A stretch of 64,000 nucleotides of DNA from Mytilus californianus. Its lineage: Eukaryota. Positions within the stretch are counted from its first letter, which is position 1. The number at the start of each line of letters is the position of its first letter. Location of the stretch: assembly GCF_021869535.1 (NCBI RefSeq), contig NW_026262615.1, forward strand, positions 6,696,001-6,760,000. The letters are read 5' to 3'. Of this stretch, positions 39,695 through 53,853 are shown one piece after another. The notes under the pieces are model-generated. The model was not told where the DNA came from. It did not search any database and saw only the letters and a list, made by a program, of their open reading frames with translations. Both the position numbers and the translations under genes were made by a program.

Positions 39695-42600
39695 TCACAT
39701 TATATGTATTCTTGTAGTTATCAATAACAATAGTGATATAATTTTTGTGTGAAGTATTTTGTTTTCGGAATAAATTACAAAAAAACAATTAAATTGCAAA
39801 TCTTGGTTATTTCTTAATTTGAATAGGGTAAAATAGAGAATGGAAAGCAGGAACGTGGCAAAGAGAAAACAACCCGACCAACAGCAGAACCCAGCCCAAG
39901 GCCACCACTGGGTCTTCATCGCAGCGAGAAAATATGGCACCCGGAGGCGAGCTTTAGTCGGCCCTTAAGAATAATGTATACTAGTTCAGCAAAATGGACG
40001 CCACACTAAATTCCACAACATTCAAATCAACCAAAATTATAAAAAAAAAAACACACAACACTAACAATTGGCTAGAATTTCCTGACTTTGGACAAACGCA
40101 AAAATACGGCAGGGTTAAACATGTTTCGCGAGATCTCAACTCTCCCTCTATACCTCTAACAATGTGGAATAAACAAAAACACAGCAGTACGCGCAGTAAA
40201 ACCAAGATAAAAAGAAGTAGGTTTTGTTGAAGTTTGGACATTTTATCTCATGTTTCTGTGATAAATTTATAGTAATTTTGTAGGTATAATAAACAAAAAA
40301 ATGTTTAATTGTGGTTCAAAAATTACTTAAAATTAGTTGATTTTTGTCATAATAATTGCTGAAAGAGTTATTTCACTAGTGTCCTTGCTTCACAATTGAC
40401 TGTTGTCCTTTTGTTTTGTATTTTTTCATTAGCTACTTTTACAACATTTGAATTACTAGACGAGTGACATTAACCATAAAATTTTATTTTTAATGCATCC
40501 ACTTAACATACGGCTAAATCATATACCATTCGAAAACACATCATCTGCACAAACCTTTTTTGCCCGGTCGTCAAAAATTCGTATGGTGTAGTTTCTGTCA
40601 AATCGCAACGAAAGGTCAAGTACGGACAACTTCTAATTTTACAAGAAGTCAGCATGTTTTGCATATTCTGTCTTCTGAATAATGATATTTTGTATGTACA
40701 TATGGAAATCTGTTAGAACAGATGTTAATAGTAACTTATCAAAAGCACTTTGAAAAATTCATGTCGGATTTTTAATAAATAGCGCTGTTTTCCAGAAATT
40801 CCATTGAAAATGACAAAAATGCATGAAAATCAAATTTTATGTCTGTGATTCAACTATTATTTACCATAAAACTAAATAACATATTTCATTTAGTGCTAAG
40901 GGTGTTTTTGACATCATTAAATTACTGCAATTACGCTTCTTGTTAATTAAACAGCCAATTATAACAACCGTGCAGTTGCCCAAATATCGCCATCTGCAAG
41001 AAAATAGCTTCTTTAGCTGTTCTTTGTTATAACAATTTGTATGTAGTCGATATTATGTTGAAAAACACAAATTTTAAAACTGCAAAAATGTTAAAGGATA
41101 GAATACACAGAAAATTCGTGCATTTAGGGAAAAGTTTGGGAGCGAAACTTTGATAATTCAATATTTCAATATGTGTATGTTTTCTTGGTTGATTATACTG
41201 CATCTTGCATTGAATGAGGAAGCGAAAACTATTATAAGCTAGCCACTGAAATGGTCTTCATGCCAGGCCAATATATTTAATCCTATCCAGCTACGTAATC
41301 TCTTGTAAATACATTGAGACCCTCGCAATTATATTTACTTACATTAATTTTTGAATTGGGAAATCTAGCAATTCGCAATAACAATACATACATTTCCATT
41401 AATCAAATTTACTCCCTGAATAGTTTACACATAAATACATTTTAATATAAAGATGATTGATTGATTGTTGGTGTTTGACGCAATTTTCGGTTTAGAACTT
41501 TTGGCTTCTAAAGTATTTTGAGGCGATCAGTTTTCAATGGTTTAGGCCCATGGAATGCCCATGGAATGCCCAAGGAACCACCAACCTTCGGAAGGAAAAC
41601 TGCCAATCCCCATCAACAATACATTAGTTATAGCTATTAGTATCAAGGACGAAGTTACTGTGTAGGTGTCACAACACAAATGTACCAATCAGCATTGATC
41701 ACCTTTTGTAAAAGTAGGCAACCTCTAACCAAACACAGTAGTGTTAATGTTGATGTTTACTTCAGCTAAATGTTACAAGTAAAGTTTTCTTAATAGAAAC
41801 AAAAATATAAATGCATTTGAACCACTTTTATTTCAAATTTAATTGGCCATGATTTTGCATTACTATTTCAATGTAGGTTTGCCACATAATATTTTCATTT
41901 TAGGCATTTAAAAAAAAAGAGCATGATCTACTATTTAAGTAGATAATCTATTAAGCATTGGTTGATCATTGGCATATTAAAGATAGTACGTGTATATTAA
42001 AAATACATATGGTTAAAATGAAGTTATTTTATTCTAAGATATCTATACAATTGTGAAAAATGAAAAAAATTGTGGTTGAATTTATCCAGTTTTTTTAATC
42101 GGTTTTATGTAATCTGATCTTAAATTATGTTCGTGAATATTTATTGTGCACTGAGCCCTCTGTTATTGATCTGACAGCGACTTTTTGCGATTTTCTCACT
42201 TTATTTTCATATTTTTCAGTTCAAGTTTCTAATGGTGCGAAGATCTCACAACAATAATAAGTGATTTAAGTTGACATGAAAAAAAAACCGTACAAAATGT
42301 TATGTATCAGTGTTAAAACATGGGTTTAAACAATCTGATTAAAATTTAGATCAATCACGACTCGCCTGCCCATATATCGTGTGATAAAAACAAAATCATA
42401 GAACTAAATTTTAATAAGATTAGGGTTAACTTAATGAGATAGCTTGAAAGCAGGTATGTTCTGGTAAATTTAAAGCGATTACCGTTTTTAGCGCTATTTG
42501 AATATGTCTATTATGAAACAAATCCCTTCACGTATAACCTCCATATGTGCACTTTGAACTTCCATAATTCTGCCAAGCAATGTCGAAGGAATATTGCTCT

Positions 42601-45269
42601 TTACAATTTTGAGAATAACATATGGATATGTGAATGGAAAGAACAAAAGAAAAAAAGGACATAAGGACAAGATGATTCCTACATTTCCGCTATATCATAT
42701 AAAGATAGATAGAGATGGAGAGAGAACTACGAGGTCTATCACAACTGTTTTCCAATCGTTTGATGTGTTTCAGCTTTTGGTTTTGATATGTGATAAGAGA
42801 CTTTCTGTTTTGAAATTTCACTTGGAGCTCGGTAATTCATGTTGTTTTACTAACTTATTTTTTGCATCAATATCTGAGTTTTAAGTTCTGTTGTCTTTTT
42901 TCGCTCAGCTTTGATTTATGGTTTTCTTTTCTTTGATTGAAAGAAGGGATAAAATAATATGAAGGCAGTCTCAAACCATGGTCGAAGAAAAACAGACGAC
43001 AACATGACCATGGCGAAAAAGTAAGACAGACAAGCAAATCTTCTCAAAACACTATACCGAATTGTATGAACAATACGTAAACCAGTACGGTGATTACAGT
43101 TGTTCATGAAGGTTATTTAATCTTAATCAATCTGAATTATTAATTTTCAGTCATATTTAATAAAACAACTAACAAAGTATATCATAATGGGTTAACATAA
43201 AAAAGAATTCGCCGAATTTGACATTGAAAATCGCATGGTACAGACATTTTTCTTTCGAACATTGAACGAGCATAATCTTCGTAACATGTCTTTTCACATC
43301 GGGAAACTAATTTTTACCAAATATACTTCTTTTATTCTTTAAAGTTCTTCCATAACCTTTTTTTAAATATGGTTGATCATCACCTGCCGATATTAGCAAT
43401 ATTATCTAGCAAAAAAAAAGCTAGATGATCCCCATTTGCAGATGGTGTTTTTTGGGGCAACTACCAAAGCTTCATTAGAAGGCTGCATCTGGACCTACAT
43501 CATATTAATTGCAGTTTAAAATGACGAAAAATTTCCTCGGTCCATAAACAATAAATCTATTCTATTTTTGACATACAAATATTCAAATGTCAGAAAACAT
43601 TAAGATTTTATTGCAATTTTATCATTTTTTGGAAGTTTTTTCAAGAAATGCCATTTTTTGTTAATATAGCGCAATCAACATTTAAGTTTGCACTTGATTT
43701 GAAATCATGGTAATTTGTTTTATAAGGTTTAGATCAATTTTAGGGAATAAAATGCCATACAAGTACCTGAAAATGGCATTTTGTGTAATTATAGCAAACA
43801 TTTGGAATGCTCGGTTTAGACCTTTGACCTTGGTTTAACGAAAATTGCACCGTACGAATTATTGACGACTGGGCAAAAATGAAAGTACAGATAATAAGCT
43901 TTCGAATGATGTGTAATATAGCCGTATGTTAGGTGGGTGCATTAAAGTCGTTAATTAAGCGTCTTTTTGAAAATTGTCACTCGCCTATACATAGTGTCAA
44001 AGTTAAAAACAGATCACGTGATTGTAGTTTTTTTTTTCTTTATCGGTTGCTAATTTTATTAAGCAAGCTCTGTCAATATCAACGTTTAATTTCAGAAATA
44101 TACGGTTTTTAGATTTGGGAATATATTCTATTACACTGAATTAGCATGAAATATAGATCTTATATTGTTTAAAAGCAATTCCAAGGACAGCATTGTCAAT
44201 ACGAATATGAGATTGCCTCAAGTTCTTGAATTTAAAACGTAATGGTACCAAAGTAGTCCAATTTTAGATGTTGAATATGAGATGAACAGGGAAAATATTA
44301 TCTTACGAAATTCAGAGACAAAGATATGCATTCAGTGGTCAGTTGATCAAATACATCCACGCCATTTTGACTCTGGTTGATAGCTGCCCTGATGGAAAGC
44401 ATACCACACCTTCTCATTTCTATAGTGTGGGGGTTTTCGGACAAGAAAACATTAGGCAGTTCTGACAGTTTCCTTAGGAAAAAAATGTCAGAGTGGTACA
44501 AGGAATTTAATACAAATTTAATGTTGGAGTATTTAAACGAAAAAAAAAAAAAAAAAATAGTAAACATCTTCATTAAAGGGCATTAACTCTAATAAGGGGC
44601 CATCAGACGATCTTAACCATGCTGATTCATTTGTAGAACTAATCTTGCTGATCATTTTTGCTATATAAAGTTTCTCTCTATCTATTATAATTTTAAGATA
44701 ATGGGCAAAAATTTAAAAAGTTATTGACATTTTGGAAGTAAATGTACAATAAGTAAATTTCACAATTCCAAATGTTTCTGCCCTTGTCAAATTTTCTCTT
44801 TTTATAGTGGTTTTCAAGATAATAAACAAAACTTGCATTTTACACCTATGTTTTTTTTAGACATGTCGGCCATCTTGGTTGACAGGCAGCGTCATTGGCA
44901 ACATTTTCTAAACTAGATACCCTTTAAAATGAATTTGGCCAATTGTGGTTAAGTTTGGATCAGTAGTTTCAGAGAAGAAGTATTTAGTAAAAGCTAACGA
45001 CGACGGAGGACGGACGAAAATGTTGAGAATAATAGGCAAAAATAGAAAAAAAAATAAGTCAATTTTTCAGATTAATACGGAAAAGAAGAAATAAATATTT
45101 TCAACATTTTGCTCTGAATACTGTATTTTGGTCATAACAAAGCTTCTGTCCAAATTTCCCACAAATCTATGAAGCTTTCACGAAGTCATTGATGACTGAC
45201 GGTAATTACTTGTTAACTGTAAAACTAGAGGCTCGTCTGCATCTTCAGCAATAGCCACTTTTAAGTAAT

Positions 45270-46015
45270 AAACATCATTAAAAGGGAATAACTCTATTCA
45301 GAGATAACTAAAAATTTTCAGTCATGTTGACGTATTTGTAGATCTTATCCTACTGGTAATTTTCCTTTATAAAGTTTCTATTTATCTATTATAGTTTTCA
45401 AGATAATAGGCAAAAAATACTAAAACATGTTAAACATTATCATCAAAGGGCAATAAGTCCAATAACGAGTCGACTGCAGATTTCTGCCATGTTTTGGCTT
45501 ATTTGTGGATCTTGTCTATCTGATCGTTTTGTGTTATTTGAAGTTTCTGTCTATATAACTATTATAAATCGAGATAATAGGTAAAACAATTCTAAAATGG
45601 TAAATTCATCCTTTAAGGGCAATAACTCCTATAAGAAATCGTTTGACAGTTTTGACGTGAATGACCAATAGTTAGAGCTCAACATTCTGAACATTTTTGC
45701 TCATGTCAGATTTTCTCTATTTATAGCGGTTTTCCTTATAATAGGCAAAACTTGCATTTGACCCCTATGTTCTTTTTTTAGCCATGTCAGACATCTTGGT
45801 CGGCTGGTAGGGTCATCGGACGAAGTTTTAAACTACATACTCTAATAATGATTGTGGCTAATTTTGGTTAAATTTGGCCAAGTAGTTTCAGAGGACAGGA
45901 TTTTTGTAAAAGTTAACGAAGATGGACGACGACGATGACAGACGAAAAATGACGAGGACGGACATCAAACCCCAAGTGATGAGACAAGCTCACTTGGCCC
46001 TTCGACCAGGTGAGC
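45270..46015. repeat. Copy of the same interspersed repeat family
   Basis: Same unit motifs and tail GACGACGACG...AGTGATG...AGCTCACTTGGCCCTT...GGTGAGCTAAAA; paralogue at 54060-54730. Confidence 0.65.
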
Positions 46016-47187
46016 TAAAAAATAAGTTGATTTTATCCGTAAAATACGGAAAAATGAAAATAAACGTATTCAAAATTTTGCCCTGGATACTGTCCTTTGG
46101 TCATAAACAAGCTTCTGTCCACATTTCTTAAAATTCAATAAGGTTTGAAAAACTTATTGATGACTGAAAAACTTTCACTTCAGACTAAATTTGAAAGTAA
46201 ACTGTAAAAAAATAGTTCTATTTATCAGTAAAATACGAAAATATTTAAAAAATTTTGCTCTGGATACTTTATTTTGGTCATAAAGAAGCTTCTTTTCCAT
46301 TCCTAACATTCCATTAAGGTTTGACAAAGTTAATCATGTTATTGATGTCTAAAAAACATTAACCACAGACTTAACCTAAATGCTGACGCCGACGCCAATG
46401 ACGGAATCGAGGATCGCTATGTTTCAGTTTCGCACAAAATGTCGCAGGCTCGACAACAAGGGCAAGTTTATGCAACATGACATGTTCAAGCGATCTGACT
46501 ACTATATCAACTAACGGAACGTCAGGAAAATAATCTCACCTGACATGAACAATGCAAGTAAAATCTCATCTCATTTCCGATTATTGGATTGTCCTAATAT
46601 AGCAATATTCATTCAATAATTCATATGACATAATGATCCTTATTTATTGCAGTTTGAATATTGTTAAACAGAATAATAAGTAATTAATTGTTCATCTTGT
46701 CTCTACTAGAAATATTCCGACAAAAATAACAACAAAATTAAACAAGACGTAAATTGAAGATAAACAGAAAACACCATGGCAAAAAGAAAACACGAGGAAA
46801 ATACAAATGATCACAGATATCTAAGAGTATAATAAAACAAATCCCAAAACAGGGGGGATGATTTTTGACGACCTGAAATGTAAAGTAAGTTTCCCATTTA
46901 TAACACGGTAAATTTAAAAAGGGGAAAATTAATTAAACCTGACAAAAATCCAACGCTCAACACTATCAACCGACGAAATGAATTGAAAACAACTGTCTTT
47001 CCTCGATGAAAGAGAGTTCATAAGTCACGAACAACAAACTGGAGACAACGGACATTGTAAATATGATAACTACTTACATGAATGTGTAGTTATTTAAAAT
47101 CTGTCTATTATCACTTTTTAAAGTAATTTCTTACTGCATTATCATTACGGTAAAAACCTACTTCATTGCCCGTGTATCAATACTTAC

Positions 47188-47259
47188 AAGATTATAAGGG
47201 ATGTTAAACCAGAAAGCGCATTTGTTCTTACTGTTGTTAAGTTATTTCTACGAAGACTT
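47188..47259 (-). CDS. LRR receptor gene, first LRR exon (72 bp)
   Basis: CTTTCAG|A AGT CTT CGT AGA AAT AAC TTA...ATC TT|GTAAGT; SLRRNNLTTVRTNALSGLTSLII(L); phase 2-2, matching the previous exon. Confidence 0.9.
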
Positions 47260-48102
47260 CTGAAAGAATGAAAAATAAATGATCATAGGACTTCGTTCAA
47301 TATACATGATATAAGAACGATATTCCATATTCTGATATATAAAACCTACATCTCTTTAACATTCCGCAGGTCAAAACATTCTAAAGCATTTGCACAAAAA
47401 ATTTGGTAAATCTTAAAAAAAAAGTTGTGAATAAGGAATGAAGCTTTAGTGAAAATTAATCATAATTTAATGAATCATTTGGTGTGGACCAGTAAAAGGA
47501 TAGACCAACGATTGCATGAACTACATTTGAATGTATGAAATGAAAATACGAAGTCTATAGAGTAGACAATATTATGATAGACTATCATTTAATTGTTAAG
47601 TCAAGACAGTTTGCTGATATTTTACACAATTAGAACCATTTTGAAAAAGTGAAAGAAAACGCCTGACAGTTAACAACAATTAGTATTTAGATGCAAAGTA
47701 TTGGTAGTTCGTTAAATTTTGGGATATATTTTTAGTCGTGAATGAGGTACATAAAAAGCTTATAGGTATAGATAGAAATCATCATCATTGATGAAGATCA
47801 TGTATACAATAGTGGCATGATAATAGTAATAAGTGCCCGTGGAATATTGGCAGGTCGATAACTTAACGCGTTTGATATATCATAGATAATATCCTTTACC
47901 ACGTCCATTTCTTAAAATTTTCCTGCGCTATACACAAAACTGTTCCCAAACGAAAACCTGATTGTCTAATTAAAGCAGGAAAATTAAATCGAGAATTTCC
48001 GAAAACCAGCAAGTTCATTTAAAATCCAAACCTGGTCGGACAACTATATTTTCCATGCAAAGTCACGATTTGATTAAAACATATGTAATGAATAGTACTT
48101 AC

Positions 48103-48266
48103 AAAATTGTTGTAGTTGAAGAAATATCTGTATGCGGTATTTCATCAAAACTCCTTCCGGAACAATCAATTAGTGTACCAGTACATGAACAAGATGAAGG
48201 ACATCCATTAACTAAATCCCCTTTCAACAGGCGTATAAACAACATAACTGCAACTGACATCAACAT
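48103..48266 (-). CDS. LRR receptor gene, first coding exon: signal peptide plus LRR N-terminal cap (LRRNT)
   Basis: Manual translation MLMSVAVMLFIRLLKGDLVNG-CPSSCSCTGTLIDCSGRSFDEIPHTDISSTTTI(L): hydrophobic leader then the CPxxCxC...xDCSxxxxxxIP LRRNT pattern. Ends TT|GTAAGT (phase 2). Upstream acceptor TATTACAG at 48309-48308 gives 41 nt of 5'UTR in this exon. Confidence 0.92.
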
Positions 48267-48499
48267 TTTATTAGATGTGTTCGTTTTGCTCGTTTACCTT
48301 GATATATCTGTAATATACAAAAAAAAAATAATGTCAAATAATATAGCCTATTGCCAGAGAGTCATTTATTTTTTTAATAAACAATCATGAATTTTCAAGA
48401 TAAGACAAAATGTAAGAAATAGAGAGAAATTACCATTTCAAAAATTTTCCTTTCCTTAATTACACTCTATCAGATATGTGTCTCTTTCTTTTATGATAT

Positions 48500-48910
48500 C
48501 AAAAGCGATGAGAAGGATACCAAAGGGACATTCAAACTCATAAGTAAAAAATTAACTGGCAACGCCATGGTTAAAAAAAAAAAAGATAAACAGACAAACA
48601 ACAGTACACAAAAATAAAAAAACCAAAGAATGAGCAACACAAACCCCACCAAAAACTGTGGGTGATCTCAGATACTCTACAAGGATAAGCAGATCCTGCT
48701 CCACATATGGCACCCGTCGTGTTGCTTATGTTAATACAAACCTGGTGATAAGTTTAGTTCGGTGTGTCATATCTGGAGAAAAGGTGACAGGATTGTAGTT
48801 ACAACAATAGGAACATATCCGTTGTCATTTGTGAAATGGATATTCCATATAACGGTCAAACAACTCGTGATACCGTCTGTAAAGTTTAGGTAGGGACTAT
48901 ATCAACTAAT
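48500..48910. mobile_element. Abundant repeat matching the 3' tail of the Penelope-like element; copies at 14500-14740, 17690-17840, 63580-63790
   Basis: GATACCAAAGGGACATTCAAACTCATAAG...AACGCCATGG and AAGCAGATCCTGCTCCACAT.TGGCACC are the reverse complement of 14520-14740. Confidence 0.7.
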
Positions 48911-51769
48911 AGGTTTCTTGTGAGCAGCAATCATTGATCAAGGAAAGTATGATAGGAAATACAAGCCATGGAAATTGTATCAACTTGGAGATATATACAT
49001 GTACTCCTACAAGACATGATTGTAAGAGGATGCTGTTAAGAAGTCTCTCGAACAAATCATAATAAGAATAATCCCTTAAGGACTCTCCCTATTAAAAAAA
49101 TTATGAAAACAAGTTCAAGGTCAAATTATGACCTTGCCCATTTAACCTTTCAAGAGCCATATGTTCCCATGGTCATTACTGAAGACCCTATGTGTCTATC
49201 ACTAACTGTTCTCAAGATATAATCATTTGAAAATAACAAAAATTAAAATATTATAGGATTCTATAGTAAACCCCTCCTTTCTTTTGGCCCCTCAAAGTAC
49301 CCCTTTATAAACGCTATTGCACAAATAAAACCCTGATTGTTCCACTAGACATGTTAGTCTTGCATATTGTGGAACCCTAAATTAATCTGACAAGCGGTTT
49401 TGGGGAACGGGTGCAGACAAGTTCAAATTCAAAAGTAGTGGAAGAAGAAGGAGAAGTTCTAAGATGAAGAGGAAGAAGAAGGAGAAGAAGATTTGCAATT
49501 TTGAGAAATAGCAGATGACACCCTCGTCTCCCCATTATCAGAGTAACGCTAGCCATAGTTGCTGTAGTTTCAATGGTAACATAGTGGTTCAAAATTATTG
49601 TCAAAATCATCCAAAACCTGTATATAGGCGACTTTTTTTTTGTATAAAATCAGTTGTATTGGGTTTGATGTAATATTCGTTAAGACAATGTTGCTTTAAA
49701 GTATTTTTTGCCAATTGGTCAAGGTATAACTTTCTATCTGTTTCCATGACAATGGGGGCTTTTTGGAATATCTGAATATTGTCGGTACCTCAACATACCA
49801 CAGGCAACATTTGCTACACCTCTTTCTGCAAATTTTCAAAACAGTTGGAGCATTTTAATATTTAACACATTTTTGCTGTTTCCATGGTCGATCGGGTGAC
49901 ATAATAATGATAAAAAAAACCGAAAAACAAACGGAGGAACAGCAATATGTCACCCGACATTGTTGATCGGATGATATAATAAGAAAATAGAAACGTAAAA
50001 TAACAATATGTCACTCCGTTGAGGGTGCCATTAAAAAGAAACGTAGAATAACAATATGACACCCCAACTCTGTTGAGGGTGCAATAACTATAATTTCTAT
50101 TGTAAGCAATAGCAGACTCACCCCTGCCAGATGAAATTCATGAATATATGAACCATCATGAATGTTCATAAAAGTGCATTAAGTTATTTCATGAATTAAG
50201 CTCATGAGCAGTTCATAAAATGCAGTTCATGAATATTTTCAGAACCTTCATGAACTGTTAGTCAGTTCATAACGTTCATAAATTGTTCATAACACATGTT
50301 CATGAACATCTTATCAACTTTAATTAATCAATCAATAGAGAAAGTTCATAAAATAATTAATAACAGATGTTCATGAACATTTTTCAAACTTTTATGAAAC
50401 ACTAATTTCATAAAGTTAAAAAAAACTTTCAACTTCAACTTACACAATTTAATTCAGATGCTTTATTTGTTATAGGAGCATGTCTTATTCTTCTCCCAAC
50501 GATGAGTCCATGAGTCCTAGACTCATGAAAATTTGTCTGGACTCATCATAACAGGCGAGTCCAAAGATGTATCGAGAATGTAAAACTTTTTTTCATTTTA
50601 TTTCTAAAATTTTAGAAATAATTAAATTTGATGTCAATTACTTGCTCTTTTTTGTCAGTGAGACTGGAATAAAAAATATATAGCAAAACAATTTCATATT
50701 CTAGCTGTTTAACTTGCCTTGACCAAAAATGATGAATTCCTCACAGGACTCACATTCCAAAATCTATAGTGAGAACCATGATGTCTCTTTAGCATGTACA
50801 GTGTCTTAATGTAGTTTTATAAGTATATATATATATATATATATTTTAGAATTTATTTTTTAGTTTATTTGATTTGGTGTGGAGATTTATAAAACAAATA
50901 GCGGCAATAACTATTATTCAAACGTTTATACCTGTCATTTATCTTTTATCTTTCCCTTTCATCACAATCATGCAACTGATTTCCTAGGGATTCAGAACTA
51001 ATTTGGCTGATTCATTACATTTCTAAATGTTTCGTTTAAAAGGCATTACCGGTACAGAAATAAGGCATCAAATATATATTTACAATCATCCTGGACTTTA
51101 TGGCCCAGGACTGACACGTTATGGATCCGGGTTTTAATTGATTAATTTTTTAGTCAATCTTCTTATTATTATCCAGGTCTTCAGAAGGACAAAACAGCCA
51201 CATATTTACAGTTTTATTCATGAAGAAAGAAAAATAAAACACGAAAAACAGAACTTAAGAAGAATTTCAAGGTATAAACTTATTTTCAACTTTTCAAGAA
51301 ATCATAATGTTTCCTGTGGGGCTTAACGCTACATCAACCCCACCCCCTCCTTCCTCTCGAAAACAAAAACAACAAACCCAAAACAAACAAAACAAAGACA
51401 AATACAAAATCAAGACAATTTTTACATATAGCAAACAAAACAAGGCAAAAAGAAAAGATTGTGAAATTCTCGTACTGCAATAGCTTCTGTTGAATGTGAA
51501 TGCATGTATGTAGGCTTAAAGAATGTAAAATACTCCTACTCCTATAGTTAATGTTAAATGTTTATATGTTACTGCACGTATGTGGGCTCATTTTGTCACA
51601 CTGGAATGTACAGACTACAAAAAAGCAGGAACTTAAACATAATATTTATGTTCTTGTCGTGCTCATCAAGTCCATATCTATTTTTATACTGCTTATATAA
51701 TTATCGTGTATACATCTTGTCTATTTCTTTTATTTAACTGTACACCATTCGATCTTTTAATTGACTGAA

Positions 51770-52010
51770 TGATTGTTAACTTTAATGCCACTTTCAGTAC
51801 ACTTGGCTATATCATGCCCGCCAGTTTTTGTTGGTGGAGGGAACCGGATTGCCCGGAGAGAACCACAGGCCTTTTGCCAGTAAACTGACAATCTTTGCCA
51901 AACTTAAGACTGAAGACGAATCCAGATGCTTCGTGGCAGGTTCGCAACCTCACAACCTCAGTGATACAGTATAGGAACTACTTAGACTAATTGGCCATCA
52001 AGATCCCTAG
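51770..52010. mobile_element. tRNA-derived SINE-like element; relatives at ~8630-8810 and ~41450-41620
   Basis: TTGGTGGAGG(G)AACCGGA.TGCCCGGAGAGAACCAC core and a degenerate GGTTCG..CTCACAAC B-box-like segment. Confidence 0.55.
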
Positions 52011-52149
52011 ATGTGTGAGAACTTCGGAATTTATAGCACGGACAATATCAACAACAGACTGAAATTTTGACCAATTAAATTTTCAGATCTTTTTTAGAAG
52101 AAAAAAAAAATAATAACGGTACAATCTTACATTCATTTTATTATCAGTA

Positions 52150-53853
52150 TAAATGCAATATGGTTGAAGTTATATGAAATGAAAATAATTGAACAATAGA
52201 AACATTATTAAAATTTTATACAATTGTTTATACTAATAATTTTTCATCACAAATTAAAAAGAATAAAGAAGTTATAGATAAATTCACGTAATATAAAAAA
52301 CAGTCTCATCTTATTAGTAGATAACACAATAGGAAGAAATGAAGGCCTTAAATGTAGACCTAAGTGAAATATACACTGCTAGAAACTCAGACAAACTTGC
52401 TATTTGCTGATAGGATACTAGTTGTTATATAGTGAACATAAGGTAATATATAGAAGTAATATGCAAACTAAATCGAATTGATTAATAATCAAAAATGTAA
52501 AGTAAAGGAATGCTGAAGCTGTATTAAAGATATACAGAAAAGAAAATACGGTGAGAAAAGAAGTCTACACTATCAATAATAAAAATGATAGTATTGAAAC
52601 GGTTATTATCTTTTATTAATTTTCTTATAGGGAGAATACTAAAGTAATCATTGAAATATCATGCCAAAAAAGACTATAAAAGTGATGAAAACAGACATAA
52701 GTGGGGAATGGCACTTGATTCATTCTTGGACAAATAAAAGATATGATGTTTTCAAACCAACAACATTTTAGGAAAAGTAAAAATTAAAAGTACAATCTAT
52801 AAACAAAGACTTAGATGACAAATGGCTAGTACGATGCAAGTAGCACTACGTAGATCTTATGTTATGTTTAATTATTCAATATGCAAATATGATTTGAGGA
52901 CGGGAAAAAAGGCCAGAATGCCTAAAGATAGCACAACAGTTCAAACGCATCGTCGTCTGTACATGTTAGAAGGGAATGATGATAGATTCTATAAAAGTTA
53001 GTTACTATAAGAACAATATAACATGTAAATGTATAACTGTACTTACATTATAATAACGACCACAACTGGAGAAACCTGATCACACAACCGTACACTTGGA
53101 GGAAGATTTCGTAAATAACACGTAGGTAAAGATGGAATGTTCAATATAAACGCATGAATGGTGCAAGTATGTAACACATGTTAACTGATGATTCAGTGGT
53201 TTAACATGAAAAATATTTTTATCATCTTTTTTTAGTTTAGAAAGAGCGTTTAGTACAAATATAAAATAACGATATGAAAATAAAATATTTCTATGTAAAA
53301 TCTTGCAAATATTTGTTTATTAAAGCACGTATTGACTTGAACGTTCATAATAAAGAATTTATATTTCAATTTAATAAATCGTTAATTCATCAAATAAGAC
53401 AAATTGTTTCAATCTATTTTGTCACGGCTTCTCAAGTGAATTAATATCAATGTTGAAAATGTTTATACTATCTAGAATTAAAACAAAAAAATCAAACCCA
53501 ACCATACACATACGGAAAAAGGGAATGATGAGTTGGTCATCTATCCCGAAATCTATACAATATTTTATTTTAAAGAATATGTGTACCAGCTTTTATAGGC
53601 TATCAAATATATTTTGCATAGAGTTAGTACCAAATCATTTTAGATTCTATGCATATGACAACTTTGTCAAATCAGCAAGTTTTATCAAAGTTCACATCTA
53701 CAATTTTCCTATATTGATTGAGATTCACATGGTGGGTGATGCATACATAACAGAAGACGCTTATCCTTTCGATGCACCCGGTTTTGCTCCTTTTAGACCT
53801 ATATACAAAGAGATGAACAAAAGAAATTGCTTTCGCAGTTGACTCCTTGGCAT
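52150..53853 (-). pseudogene. Possible decayed intronless LRR (TLR-ectodomain-like) gene
   Basis: Signal-peptide-like start MPRSQLRKQFLLFISLYIGLKGAKP at 53853, then LRR-like fragments among many stops and frameshifts (IFDSL*KLVHI, LILDSINIFNIDINSL, QNRLKQFVLFDEL, YLSKNESSAIP, IRKLIKDNNRFNTI, ISYNFNHIAFI). No TIR domain seen. Pattern recognition only. Confidence 0.35.

Noticed and set aside
47350-47445. LRR-like peptide ending AT|GTAGGT between LRRNT and LRR1
   Set aside because: No acceptor gives an open phase-2 entry.
48055-48390. 111-aa plus-strand ORF
   Set aside because: Antisense shadow of the signal peptide/LRRNT exon on the minus strand.
53450-53842. 130-aa plus-strand ORF, the longest in the track
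   Set aside because: No recognisable domain; overlaps the minus-strand LRR-like relic and is probably a chance antisense frame.
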